Shown here in pieces: positions 27,989 through 36,683 of a stretch of DNA of 64,000 nucleotides. Location: positions 89,293 to 153,292 of IMG/VR virus record IMGVR_UViG_3300044658_000058, one strand, 5' to 3'. The notes below the pieces were generated by a model. It had not been told where the DNA came from and searched no databases. It saw nothing but the letters and a program-made list of their open reading frames with translations. Position numbers and translations under genes: made by a program. Source of the DNA: a virus. Position 1 is the stretch's first letter. Each line of letters starts with the position of its first letter.

Positions 27989-28201
27989 ATGCCACATGTC
28001 ACGTCTGGGATGATCCCCGCACCATCCGAACTTTACCAGATGAATCAATGCGTGGAGTTCATGGAAAAGGTGGAAACCACCTTACAGAAAATCGGGCAGA
28101 GGACGCAACATCCCCGGATCATGGCATTAGCCAGTAGCACGACCGGATTAAGATCGGCTATTCAAGATTTCGTTGAGGGAAAAAATACCCCGACTGAGTA
28201 G
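27989..28201 (+). CDS. hypothetical early protein
   Basis: Single plus-strand ORF after a promoter. Confidence 0.6.
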   Translation: MPHVTSGMIPAPSELYQMNQCVEFMEKVETTLQKIGQRTQHPRIMALASSTTGLRSAIQDFVEGKNTPTE

Positions 28202-28320
28202 CGGAGGGGGTTCCAAAATCGGCTTGATTGGAAACGCTACTAGCCGGGGCCGAAGGTCAGCCAAGTTCAGCCAGAATTTGAACTTGGCGATAAAATTCTA
28301 CCAACCTCTTTGGCAAAGTC

Positions 28321-28362
28321 AAGAAAGAAAAGACCGGTGGAAACGAGGGTAACCACCGGTCT
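28321..28362 (-). terminator. intrinsic terminator
   Basis: AGACCGGTGG/CCACCGGTCT stem with T-rich tail on the minus strand. Confidence 0.65.
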
Positions 28363-28447
28363 AACCCCTAGCCTCTGGAATGGGGGGGCAAACCGTTTGC
28401 GACTAGGGACCATGTTGTTACGAAATCTGATGGCTGGTGTCAAGGGA

Positions 28448-28630
28448 CTAAGAATGCGTGGACAAAAATATCTGCACCACGGCAAGTATCACGATGAAAG
28501 GTATCGTGATCTTGTATCCAAGGCTTGAACCAGCGGTAAAAGAGAACACCATGATCGAAGCCAGCACAAGTTGCAGGAATCCGATCAATGCAAATGTCGG
28601 TGCCATCAAACTAAACGAAACGTCACTCAC
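28448..28630 (-). CDS. small membrane protein
   Basis: Two hydrophobic segments. Confidence 0.6.
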   Translation of the reverse strand: MSDVSFSLMAPTFALIGFLQLVLASIMVFSFTAGSSLGYKITIPFIVILAVVQIFLSTHS

Positions 28631-28856
28631 CTTCTTTTTCTTCTTTCTTGTACCAGCCGAGGCGGTTCAGCATCTTTTCAATATCTTCCATGGACGAGCA
28701 CGGCCCGTCAAAATTTTCGTCGCCCAAAATGAGCGCCAGAAAAACTTTTTTCTTGTCGTTGTGCCTGAATTCTGCCCATGAGCGATCATCGCCATAATGC
28801 CGAAAATTGCGGAGGCGAACGACTGAACCGTTTCCAATTGTCAACAGATCGTTCAT
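28623..28856 (-). CDS. hypothetical protein
   Basis: Operon packing. Confidence 0.7.
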   Translation of the reverse strand: MNDLLTIGNGSVVRLRNFRHYGDDRSWAEFRHNDKKKVFLALILGDENFDGPCSSMEDIEKMLNRLGWYKKEEKEGE

Positions 28857-29134
28857 GAAAGTTTCCTCACAACGTCGGCAAAGGTAAACACATCTCTTTC
28901 GAACATCGCCACGACATCATGCTCATGGATTTTCAATCGAGCGATAGTCTTGTGCTTTAAATTTCTTGCCAGCACATAACCTTTCGTGTTGAAGGCCAAG
29001 GTACTTGCCGTATTGGGCTCTACCGAAGCCAGAAATTGCGTCAAGGCGCAAGTCTCTATGTTCCTTCTGTTGAATTTTTCATCGCCCTTAGTTTTGCAAA
29101 AGGCAATAAATTGTTCCGTGGAATACTCATTCAT
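28853..29134 (-). CDS. CALTQF-family protein
   Basis: FIAFCKTKG..TCALTQF..TF..VV..L. Confidence 0.75.
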   Translation of the reverse strand: MNEYSTEQFIAFCKTKGDEKFNRRNIETCALTQFLASVEPNTASTLAFNTKGYVLARNLKHKTIARLKIHEHDVVAMFERDVFTFADVVRKLS

Positions 29135-29447
29135 CGGTAAGCACCTTCACCACTTTCGAGAATGTCCGGCAAGAAAACACCCGTTCGATTTCATATGGTT
29201 CAAGCCGAAGATAACCAAGCGTCTTACCGAACCTTTCTTCCGCAAAGGGAAGGCCGGTAGCGATGCTGTATGAGACTGACGCATGGGTCGTCGGATAGAT
29301 CGACTTGAAGAACTGTGTCAATGCACAGGTGAATGGATTGGTCGGATCGAACCGCTTTGAACCCTTCGTCTTGCAAAAGGCAAGGAATTCTTCCTTTTCG
29401 TGAATCTTCGGACCAAGAACTTCCATAACATGTCCCTCACTGTTCAT
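29127..29447 (-). CDS. CALTQF-family protein
   Basis: FLAFCKTKG..TCALTQF; tandem paralogue. Confidence 0.75.
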   Translation of the reverse strand: MNSEGHVMEVLGPKIHEKEEFLAFCKTKGSKRFDPTNPFTCALTQFFKSIYPTTHASVSYSIATGLPFAEERFGKTLGYLRLEPYEIERVFSCRTFSKVVKVLTDE

Positions 29448-29465
29448 ATAACCATTATATAATGA

Positions 29466-29663
29466 TTAATCGGCAATTTGCAAGGGCAGACAATACAGTC
29501 CGGATGACGAATCGCCAGTCGCTTCCAATTCTTTTTGAGCGCCTTTGACGATTTCCATACATTCCGAATAGGTATCGAACGGCATATAGGTCATACCGTT
29601 CACATGTATCTGTTGCGACAATGGAAGATAGGACATGATAACCAAAACAAATATGGTATGCAA
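29466..29663 (-). CDS. small two-Cys membrane/secreted protein
   Basis: Hydrophobic N-terminus, FDTYSEC...YCLP. Confidence 0.65.
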   Translation of the reverse strand: MHTIFVLVIMSYLPLSQQIHVNGMTYMPFDTYSECMEIVKGAQKELEATGDSSSGLYCLPLQIAD

Positions 29664-29867
29664 TCAGAAGCTCCAATAATGTGTCGGCTGACCATTATCC
29701 GGATGACCATACCAGTCAGCCGTTCCATCCTCTTTCAGAACACATTTCTTGGGTTTGGGATTTTCCTTCGACTTCATGATCAGAACGAAGTTGAACAAAT
29801 CGAATTTTTCGTCGATTGGTATCCAGTGCGGTTCATGCTTGGGATACGTTTTGGAACCAACTTTCAT
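29664..29867 (-). CDS. hypothetical protein (W.P.....PTHYW)
   Basis: DUF551-like termini. Confidence 0.6.
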   Translation of the reverse strand: MKVGSKTYPKHEPHWIPIDEKFDLFNFVLIMKSKENPKPKKCVLKEDGTADWYGHPDNGQPTHYWSF

Positions 29868-30238
29868 AGCACCGTCTTTTCTTCCGAGCCTTCATAATGC
29901 GCAATGGCCCGATCAAATATGTTCATCACGTCGGTATGCGTGGTGGTTCGATGATCATTGTAGACGGACATGAAATTCATGCCTGTGAGAACGGAGAAAG
30001 TATTGCTGATATCCCTGAAAATTTCGACCGTTCCGGGCTTCGGATCGCCATGTTCATCAACACCACCAAGTTCATGGAAAGCACGATGCAGAGCGCCGGA
30101 CATGCACCATTTACAGGCTTGCGGGGAATTGAGTGGCGTCATGCGGCCATATTCATCCGTGGCCATATAGAACTTGGTCCAGTTTTCCGGATTGGCGATG
30201 ACGGCTTTGCCAGTTTTAAGAATGTCAATCGGTTTCAT
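29864..30238 (-). CDS. DUF6197-like protein
   Basis: PENWTK..A.D..ACKWCMSGA..YND..TTH.DV...FD.AI. Confidence 0.75.
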   Translation of the reverse strand: MKPIDILKTGKAVIANPENWTKFYMATDEYGRMTPLNSPQACKWCMSGALHRAFHELGGVDEHGDPKPGTVEIFRDISNTFSVLTGMNFMSVYNDHRTTTHTDVMNIFDRAIAHYEGSEEKTVL

Positions 30239-30246
30239 TGATTATC

Positions 30247-30633
30247 CTAAGCCTCATTGGTTTTTCCTTCCTGTTCACGGGCCTTCACGATGGCCTTGTC
30301 GAGTGCTTCGATCACTTCGGAATGCTGGCGTCCCGGCAGATCATTCCAAACGGCGACCGAGCCGTAAAAATCTCCGAAAACGGATGCCAGAGTTGCACGG
30401 GCCTTTGAATAGGCTTGATCCCATTCGTCCAAGGAAAGGCCATGGCGGTTGATGGTCTTCATGATGCCACCAACAAGGCACCAGCGACACGCAAGGGAGT
30501 CCAGAGCGCCAACCGGTTCACCATTGGCGTCTCTGCCGTTCGTGCCCTGTCCCCAATGATCGGGTTCAGACAAAAGCTCACGGGTTTCCGAGAGGACTTG
30601 TGAAGTCTTGATCATGGCATTCCCTTCGATCAC
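30247..30633 (-). CDS. DUF6197-like protein
   Basis: PDHWGQG..GRD..ACRWCLVGG..WND.PGR.HSEVI..LDKAI. Confidence 0.75.
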   Translation of the reverse strand: MIEGNAMIKTSQVLSETRELLSEPDHWGQGTNGRDANGEPVGALDSLACRWCLVGGIMKTINRHGLSLDEWDQAYSKARATLASVFGDFYGSVAVWNDLPGRQHSEVIEALDKAIVKAREQEGKTNEA

Positions 30634-30950
30634 AGTTCGATGGCCTTATCAATCAGTGCGATGACTTCGGAATGTTTGCGTTCAGGAAGGTCATTCCATT
30701 CAATGAGCGGCCCGGAATCGTCGTTATAATTTGACCCTTTGAGCGCCAAAAGCAGGCGATCACGAATCTGTCGATATTCGCCGTGATTATCACTCACCTT
30801 GCTGATGCCGCCGACAAGGCACCAACAAACACCGCTTTGAATGGATGCAGATGACCAGCCCGTACTATCCCGAGCAAAACAGCCCTTGGTCCAGTGTTCC
30901 GGGTTGGAAAAAAGCTTTTTCAGCTTTTCGAGTGATCTTTTGACATCCAT
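30630..30950 (-). CDS. DUF6197-like protein
   Basis: PEHWTKG..ARD..CWCLVGG..WND.PERKHSEVI..IDKAI; start moved to ATG 30950. Confidence 0.75.
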   Translation of the reverse strand: MDVKRSLEKLKKLFSNPEHWTKGCFARDSTGWSSASIQSGVCWCLVGGISKVSDNHGEYRQIRDRLLLALKGSNYNDDSGPLIEWNDLPERKHSEVIALIDKAIEL

Positions 30951-30954
30951 GATT

Positions 30955-31290
30955 TTATTCCGTCGGTTCCGGGTAGCGTTCGGGATGTGCCTTGAAAAGT
31001 TCGATGGCCTTGTCAAACACCGCCATGACATCTTCATGTTTGCGGTTATGTGCATCGTTCCAATGCACGATATCCCGGTGACCCAAGGCATCATAGACCG
31101 CCAAGCGAGCCGAATAGCTGGTGAAGTCGGACACTCTTTCCAAAGCACCGTTCATGCAGAATTTGCAGGCTTTTTCGCCAAGTAGTGTGGCGGTATGGCC
31201 ATTGGCATCACGGGCGTTTGAGCCTTGTGTCCACGTGTCCGGCGTGTTGATAAGCGCCTTGGCCTTGGTCAGAATTTCGAGCGTATTCAA
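30955..31290 (-). CDS. DUF6197-like protein
   Basis: PDTWTQG..ARD..ACKFCMNGA..WND..RKHEDV..VFDKAI. Confidence 0.75.
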   Translation of the reverse strand: MNTLEILTKAKALINTPDTWTQGSNARDANGHTATLLGEKACKFCMNGALERVSDFTSYSARLAVYDALGHRDIVHWNDAHNRKHEDVMAVFDKAIELFKAHPERYPEPTE

Positions 31291-31523
31291 GCGATTTCCT
31301 CCATCAGAGCCTTGGCGGCGACATAGGCACAGTCGGCCATATGCTGAATGTTTCCATCATGCCAATCGGACTGGAAACAATATTCGCATTTCCGGAACAC
31401 GTTGCGGCCCGTTTCATCGTCCTGAATGCCACGTTCTACCACGGTCTGACAGACCAGTTTCAGCTTTTTCGTTTCTTCATGGTTCAAAAGTGTCGATGCC
31501 ATTTTCATTCCCTCGCTTTTCAA
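31287..31523 (-). CDS. small Zn-finger-like hypothetical protein
   Basis: CEYC...H..DC. Confidence 0.65.
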   Translation of the reverse strand: MKSEGMKMASTLLNHEETKKLKLVCQTVVERGIQDDETGRNVFRKCEYCFQSDWHDGNIQHMADCAYVAAKALMEEIA

Positions 31524-31530
31524 GAATTTC

Positions 31531-31692
31531 GGGGCGTGGGGAGGAGTCGAACCTTGCCACTAACGAACACCACGGAAAGGGTTAACGACCTTTCTTGCAT
31601 CCGTTGCATAGACCTCTTGGGTACTCACTGGCTTCCGGAAGGGTAATGATCACTCCCCGACTTTCCACCGGCTTTCGCCTCACTATCACGCC
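31531..31692 (-). ncRNA. tRNA-like structured RNA (about 160 nt)
   Basis: Terminal stem GGCGTG/CACGCC, T-arm AGG-TTCGACT-CCT, GGC-GAAA-GCC, GAAAGG/CCTTTC; starts 6 nt after a promoter. Confidence 0.65.
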
Positions 31693-31698
31693 AACCAC

Positions 31699-31727
31699 AA
31701 GATAGGTGACGATCTGTAGAATGTCAA
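31699..31727 (-). promoter_or_regulatory. sigma70-type promoter
   Basis: TTGACA-17nt-TATCTT. Confidence 0.7.
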
Positions 31728-31737
31728 TAGTTAGATT

Positions 31738-31965
31738 CTATGTACCATGATATTCTAGCGAATAATAATATCGGATCACGAAATAGCCGGGATCGAATAT
31801 GCTCTTGGAATCCCACATGTGCCATTTCTCACGAACACGAACCCGCTCTAGCCATGCCCAACGCCGCTTGTCTTCAAGGAACACAGGACGCCATGCAAAC
31901 CACCAATCGGGTTTCTCGGGTATCCAGTCCCAAAGACGATGCCACCAATCCATTCTGAATTGCAT
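31738..31965 (-). CDS. Trp-rich hypothetical protein (WFAWRPV..W.WLE.V)
   Basis: Motif recurrent in phage hypotheticals; AGGA RBS. Confidence 0.7.
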   Translation of the reverse strand: MQFRMDWWHRLWDWIPEKPDWWFAWRPVFLEDKRRWAWLERVRVREKWHMWDSKSIFDPGYFVIRYYYSLEYHGT

Positions 31966-31986
31966 GATGTTCCTAATTAAAACTTT

Positions 31987-32030
31987 GCCGGGCTCACAGC
32001 TTCGCCGGGCTCACAGCTTCGCCGGGCTCA
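31987..32030. repeat. 17-bp tandem repeat, about 2.6 copies
   Basis: GCCGGGCTCACAGCTTC x2 plus GCCGGGCTCA. Confidence 0.9.
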
Positions 32031-32214
32031 TTCCATGACCACGAAATCCCGTGATCGGCTTCGGTTCATTGCGCCCATTGCGATAGACAAAATGCCCGTA
32101 CCAAGGGCGAGAATCGCACAGGCTCACGCTGGCTTCATTGCCCATGCCATAATGTTTCATTCCCCAATACCAGCGGGGAAGTTTAGAATCTTTTGGGGCT
32201 TTGAAGCACATCAT
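32011..32214 (-). CDS. hypothetical protein
   Basis: ORF ending in the tandem repeat. Confidence 0.55.
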   Translation of the reverse strand: MMCFKAPKDSKLPRWYWGMKHYGMGNEASVSLCDSRPWYGHFVYRNGRNEPKPITGFRGHGMSPAKL

Positions 32215-32217
32215 GAT

Positions 32218-32520
32218 TTAATGTTCGGTGTTATAGCGACTTTTGAACCGTGAGCCCATCGGGGTTGTTCCACAACCCATCAGAAACTCATTCCGTGTCG
32301 GTCGTGGCGAGGCGTCCACAAACTTTCCGCCACGATAAATTTGCAGCGGAATATACGGATGAAAAATTTCCAAGCCGGATTTGTAGCGAACATGTGTTCC
32401 AATAATCCGGTCTTCATGATCGAAATGTTCCGTTCGTTCTGCACCTTCGTTGATGCTTCGGAACAGTTCCAAAAGGTCGTCGGCATCATAGAAAGAGTTA
32501 TCGTTCATAGCTTCGGTCAT
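32218..32520 (-). CDS. hypothetical protein
   Basis: GAGG RBS. Confidence 0.7.
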   Translation of the reverse strand: MTEAMNDNSFYDADDLLELFRSINEGAERTEHFDHEDRIIGTHVRYKSGLEIFHPYIPLQIYRGGKFVDASPRPTRNEFLMGCGTTPMGSRFKSRYNTEH

Positions 32521-32570
32521 AGCCTCACTCCGGTTTCTCTCCCATTCATATAATCATTTATTGATTGAAA

Positions 32571-32645
32571 TCAATGTCTCGTTCCATCATATAGCAGACA
32601 AAGAATAATGGCAATCGGAAACCACAGATACCAGTAAGCTACCAT
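32571..32645 (-). CDS. 24-aa membrane micro-protein
   Basis: GGAG upstream; MVAYWYLWFPIAIILCLLYDGTRH. Confidence 0.5.
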   Translation of the reverse strand: MVAYWYLWFPIAIILCLLYDGTRH

Positions 32646-33051
32646 TTCAGGTTCTCCAATCAGGGGAAACTTACAAGTTTCCCTCAAAGATCGTCAATCG
32701 TCCAAGGTTGAGCCTTGTTCGAATATTCAAAATACGGTTCGCCCTTACCCCACTCACAAACAAATCATCGGTACTTTGGCTTGCCTAAAAACAATCGCAC
32801 ATACCATGGAGTCGGTTCCCACCAAAGCTTGGTGATAATCTTTTCGTTCACTTCGTTCATTGTGGTTTATCTTTTTCGGATGGTTCACACAGTCGGCAGC
32901 GAGTCGTCGGATCATATTCATTCTTATTGCCAAGCTGATGAAACAAGGCACAATCCGTATCGCAGCGATGACGCTTGTTATCAAACATTGGATTTTCAGG
33001 GAAGAGATTATTCAATTTCATTCGAATAATCCAATAGAGTGTTTTTAAACA

Positions 33052-33366
33052 TCAGCGAGCGTTCAAATACTTTTCGATTTGCCGTTGCACGTGACCAATA
33101 TCTTTCTCGACTTTGATAGAGAAATCATAGTCCCATGTCGGTTGATCATGATCGGATATGCGAAGCACAAAGTTCCTCTGTCCTATACGAAAGTACATAT
33201 AGATGGAATTGGAAGTCTTGGCTTTCTCTTGACGAAACTTAATGTTCTTCGCAGTCAGAAACTTCGTCATTATCAGTGAATATACGGCTATCAATTTCCA
33301 ATCTCCAAAGCGCCCATGCGGACGTTGCCATATAATAGATTTGTTTTGTTCGATGTTTATAGACAC
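33052..33366 (-). CDS. hypothetical protein (S.S.Y..LRISDH)
   Basis: Motif; start uncertain. Confidence 0.65.
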   Translation of the reverse strand: MSINIEQNKSIIWQRPHGRFGDWKLIAVYSLIMTKFLTAKNIKFRQEKAKTSNSIYMYFRIGQRNFVLRISDHDQPTWDYDFSIKVEKDIGHVQRQIEKYLNAR

Positions 33367-33470
33367 CCACCGACTCGCCTGTCACTCTCTATCGATAAAC
33401 AGGCAAGGATCGATACATTTCATCGGATAACCGAATATGGATAGCGGTTCAAATGCAGATAGGTTGAGCA

Positions 33471-33719
33471 TCAGCTTTTCCAGAATGGACTCGTCAGCAA
33501 CAAGATGATTGCATAGACGCCAAGCACCCATAGAAAAGCCTTTGTGCCTTCCCGTGGTGAGCCGGTGACAGTCTCACGATAGACCGCAGCACATAGTGCA
33601 CCAACTGGCACGACAAAGAATGAGATAGGAACGGCATAATGTAGGAGCGAAACAATGTTCGCCCAAAGCGTTGTGAAGTACCAAATCATTTCTTTTTTAT
33701 TTCCGCATAGATCGGCCAT
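33471..33719 (-). CDS. membrane protein
   Basis: Hydrophobic segments. Confidence 0.6.
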   Translation of the reverse strand: MADLCGNKKEMIWYFTTLWANIVSLLHYAVPISFFVVPVGALCAAVYRETVTGSPREGTKAFLWVLGVYAIILLLTSPFWKS

Positions 33720-33935
33720 GAATAGAATGGATTATCGAGATCGCCCCAGACATGCCAAAAGCCTTCATGGATTTCACCAGTTTGTGCTCGTCTTCGCAGA
33801 CTGGCACAGAAGCGATCTATATGGCATACATGCGATCATAGGTCCGATGCATGTATAGGGTCACGGACCAATCAGAGGCAACAAGCCCGCCAACGGATAC
33901 AAGCGGTTGCTGATAGAATTCTGACCAGTCTAACA

Positions 33936-34199
33936 TTATGGCCAGATAACCACGACTTTTCTTATGTCGTCGGCTTCGTATTCCGCCACGTCTTCTTCGG
34001 CCAGAACATCATCAATGAAATATGCTCCCGGTCTGGTAGACGTTGTGAAATATTCCCATGCACCATTGCAGAAGTTGAAACCATTGCCTTCGGCGTCACG
34101 GGCGACATAAACCTCTAGTTCAGGATCAAGGCCCTGTAGGCACTCAATCAGTTCTTTGACTTTCAATGATCTTCTGCTTTCACAGTGAAGGGAATGCAA
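33936..34199 (-). CDS. hypothetical protein (KVKELIE.L..DAEGNGF..VVIWP)
   Basis: Motif; probable TTG start near 34166. Confidence 0.7.
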   Translation of the reverse strand: MHSLHCESRRSLKVKELIECLQGLDPELEVYVARDAEGNGFNFCNGAWEYFTTSTRPGAYFIDDVLAEEDVAEYEADDIRKVVVIWP

Positions 34200-34414
34200 C
34201 GAAGTTCAGCCGTGATATCCTTGCCTGCAATGGCTTGGTCTAGAACCGGCTGATTTTTCTTTAGTTCGTTTGTGCATTCCAGTTCGGATGTAAAATAGCT
34301 CCGGGTTTGTGCGACTTGGGCCACATCGATATCCGGATTATACATCAGAGCGATTAAAATATAGATTGTTGTGGACATGTTCACATGTTCCCTGTGTTCA
34401 TCGTGTTTCACCAA
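34163..34414 (-). CDS. small two-Cys membrane/secreted protein
   Basis: IYILIALMY..FTSELEC..RCIP. Confidence 0.65.
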   Translation of the reverse strand: MVKHDEHREHVNMSTTIYILIALMYNPDIDVAQVAQTRSYFTSELECTNELKKNQPVLDQAIAGKDITAELRCIPFTVKAEDH

Positions 34415-34592
34415 TCAAACAGATATGGCTATGTGTGTATGTGTCCCGTTTATCGAACTGTTTCCCCACGGCTTCACACTTCTCTAGAGTCGAGAAATAG
34501 AAGCCACCATTGCCCCATGTATCGCCAATGTTCACATCGACCATCGATACACCTGTACCGGCATACATAATCAGGATAAGCTTAATGAACAT
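34398..34592 (-). CDS. small two-Cys membrane/secreted protein
   Basis: LILIMY..FSTLEKC..ICL. Confidence 0.65.
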   Translation of the reverse strand: MFIKLILIMYAGTGVSMVDVNIGDTWGNGGFYFSTLEKCEAVGKQFDKRDTYTHSHICLIGETR

Positions 34593-35041
34593 TACGCTTC
34601 GTCCAGAATTTCGCCCGGAATGCTAAGTCCATGAGAGGCAGCATAAGATCGCATGGCAGCTTCCACGTCATAGACACCTTCAATGCCTAGTTCATCATTA
34701 GGCACGACAAAATAATGATCATGGCAGCGCTGCAATTCCACCAAGTCGTCGGTATCGATATTGGAAAACAGGTCTTTCCATGTCCCTCTCCCATAGACCA
34801 GAGTCGATATGGAGCCGATTGCGTTGCAGACTTCCGTTCCGTTATCCTTCGTTCGAAAACCAATGAAGTCGTCCGGCACAATGTGACCAATGGCACATTT
34901 CAAGCCATCAGGTGTGTGATATTCGCAGCCCAAGCCATCGCTACCCGTGGCACGTTGCCAGTTCTGGCTTCTCATGCCTTCCCAAGCCTTGTCAAAGACT
35001 TGCTGCAAATTATCGAATGGCACAGCGTTCGTATCAGTCAT
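34592..35041 (-). CDS. KCAIGH/CHD-family protein
   Basis: LQQVFDKAW.G..Q, C.Y, KCAIGH.VPD, LQRCHD, HGL.IP. Confidence 0.8.
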   Translation of the reverse strand: MTDTNAVPFDNLQQVFDKAWEGMRSQNWQRATGSDGLGCEYHTPDGLKCAIGHIVPDDFIGFRTKDNGTEVCNAIGSISTLVYGRGTWKDLFSNIDTDDLVELQRCHDHYFVVPNDELGIEGVYDVEAAMRSYAASHGLSIPGEILDEA

Positions 35042-35562
35042 TAGATTCCTACCTCGTCGGGTGAAACAGCCGTTTCCGGAACAGGCAGCACAAGATTGTG
35101 TTGCTTGGCAAACGCTTCAAAACTTTTTTTGATCTTTTCGGCAATCACATCATTATCATTGTCATAGTGATGAATGACCGTAAAGTCATGGCAATCCTGC
35201 AAAGCCGATAGTTCATGCATAGGAATGTTCTTGAACAGTTCTTTCAGTTCATTGTAGGCAGAAGCTTTGTCAGAATCGGCAGCGTAATAGATGCCGGTCA
35301 TATAATCGACCTTGCCCGGATAATTGTCGCCAGATGCGACAGTGGCAGTCCAGCGGAGTGAGTTTATAGCGCCAGTAAATGGCATTCGATGGATGATGGA
35401 GTCAGGAATTGTGTGACCAATGGCACAACGCTTTTGCTTGTCGTGGGTCAGATAGACACAAGAGCCACCACCAAAGGCCGGTTGAAAGTTTTGCTTGGCC
35501 ATCCCGAGATAGGCAGCATTAAAAAGTTCTTGTAGGTCTTTATATGGATTAATCTTCGTCAT
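35041..35562 (-). CDS. KCAIGH/CHD-family protein
   Basis: LQELFNAAY.G, RCAIGH.IPD, LQDCHD; start moved to ATG 35562. Confidence 0.8.
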   Translation of the reverse strand: MTKINPYKDLQELFNAAYLGMAKQNFQPAFGGGSCVYLTHDKQKRCAIGHTIPDSIIHRMPFTGAINSLRWTATVASGDNYPGKVDYMTGIYYAADSDKASAYNELKELFKNIPMHELSALQDCHDFTVIHHYDNDNDVIAEKIKKSFEAFAKQHNLVLPVPETAVSPDEVGI

Positions 35563-35761
35563 AATCGTCCTCCACCAGTTCAGGCGGTTCACTAAATTTT
35601 ATGTTGTCGGTATCGATTGTATAGTCGCAAGCACCATCGACAATGTAGCCGAACAGCTTTTCATGATACTTTGCCACCCGCTCACGGTCTTCCCAAGTTC
35701 GATAATATCGCAGGGAATATGAGCCATCCCCACCATCGGCAATGTAAACATAAATTTTCAT
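35549..35761 (-). CDS. hypothetical protein (DGGDGSYS)
   Basis: Inserted between paralogues. Confidence 0.7.
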   Translation of the reverse strand: MKIYVYIADGGDGSYSLRYYRTWEDRERVAKYHEKLFGYIVDGACDYTIDTDNIKFSEPPELVEDDYDED

Positions 35762-35769
35762 GGGAAGAT

Positions 35770-36195
35770 TTATGCAGTTTCAGTTGCAGGCGAACAATCA
35801 GGGACAGTCAGCCCATATGCCCTAGCATATTCCTCTAGCCGCTCTTTCATCCTCTCCGGTTGAAAGCTTCGATCATGGCACGATTGCAATGACTCCAGAG
35901 CGGATACGCTGATTTTGGAAAACAGAGTCTTCCAATCTTCACTCTTCCGGATGCCGGTTGTTATCGAAAAGAGTTGACCACCATCCGGCCCAACATAGAC
36001 CAGTTCATCGGGAATACAGTGGCCAATGGCACATTTGGTTTCATTTGCGCCACGATAGGCACAATAGTTTCGGCCATCAGAAGCCTTTATGTTGGCTTGG
36101 ACAAAGCCTTGTGCAGCCAAGCCACGATAGGCGACGTTGAACACATCTTGCAATGTTTCAAAGGGTTTTATGGAGTTCGCAGAATTCGGTTCCAT
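35770..36195 (-). CDS. KCAIGH/CHD-family protein
   Basis: LQDVFN.AY.GL, CAYRG, KCAIGH.IPD, LQSCHD; start moved to ATG 36195. Confidence 0.8.
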   Translation of the reverse strand: MEPNSANSIKPFETLQDVFNVAYRGLAAQGFVQANIKASDGRNYCAYRGANETKCAIGHCIPDELVYVGPDGGQLFSITTGIRKSEDWKTLFSKISVSALESLQSCHDRSFQPERMKERLEEYARAYGLTVPDCSPATETA

Positions 36196-36214
36196 CAATT
36201 TATTCCTTTCTTCT

Positions 36215-36670
36215 TTAGGCCGCTTCCAACACGGGAATTGTAAGCTCGTATCGCTTGGCAAAGCTTTCCAACTGACGCTTCATGTGTTTGGGATTATCCA
36301 AATCCGTTATATCGGCATAATTGGTAGGAAGGCGAGCATTGTCATGGCAAGCCTGCAATGAACACAATGCACTTAGCGGAATGTTCTTGAATAGTTCGTT
36401 CCATTCCGGAAAATGTTTCTCTTGCTGTCCCGATGGATCATCATGTGTGTATCCAGTCAGAATGCGATAAAGACTTTTCGTGCCGATATCAGCCGTTACC
36501 ATTTCATCGGGAACAACATGGCCAATGGCACACTTCGTTCCATTCTCGCCCCGATAGGCACAGGCAACCTGACCGCCCGCAGTAATCGTTATGGCACGTC
36601 GCCAGTTCTGTTTTGCGAGTCCGACATAAGCCTTGTCGAAAATTTCTTGTAACGATTCGTAAGGTTTCAT
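36215..36670 (-). CDS. KCAIGH/CHD-family protein
   Basis: LQEIFDKAY.GL, CAYRG, KCAIGH.VPD, LQACHD. Confidence 0.8.
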   Translation of the reverse strand: MKPYESLQEIFDKAYVGLAKQNWRRAITITAGGQVACAYRGENGTKCAIGHVVPDEMVTADIGTKSLYRILTGYTHDDPSGQQEKHFPEWNELFKNIPLSALCSLQACHDNARLPTNYADITDLDNPKHMKRQLESFAKRYELTIPVLEAA

Positions 36671-36683
36671 TATTTTCCCTCAA

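Noticed and set aside
28177-28201. Slippery G-GGA-AAA and TAG before a pseudoknot as a frameshift or readthrough signal
   Set aside because: The -1 frame stops within 4 codons and readthrough adds only 13 codons
28246-28262. GGGGCCGAA resembling a tmRNA 5' end
   Set aside because: No following TCGAC motif, matching T-arm/CCA or tag ORF
31987-32030. CRISPR-like array
   Set aside because: The repeats are directly adjacent with no spacers; no cas genes in the window
33690-33936. TAG-interrupted frame suggesting stop-codon recoding
   Set aside because: TAG terminates clear genes such as gp4 and gp26 at their expected ends; no supported product here
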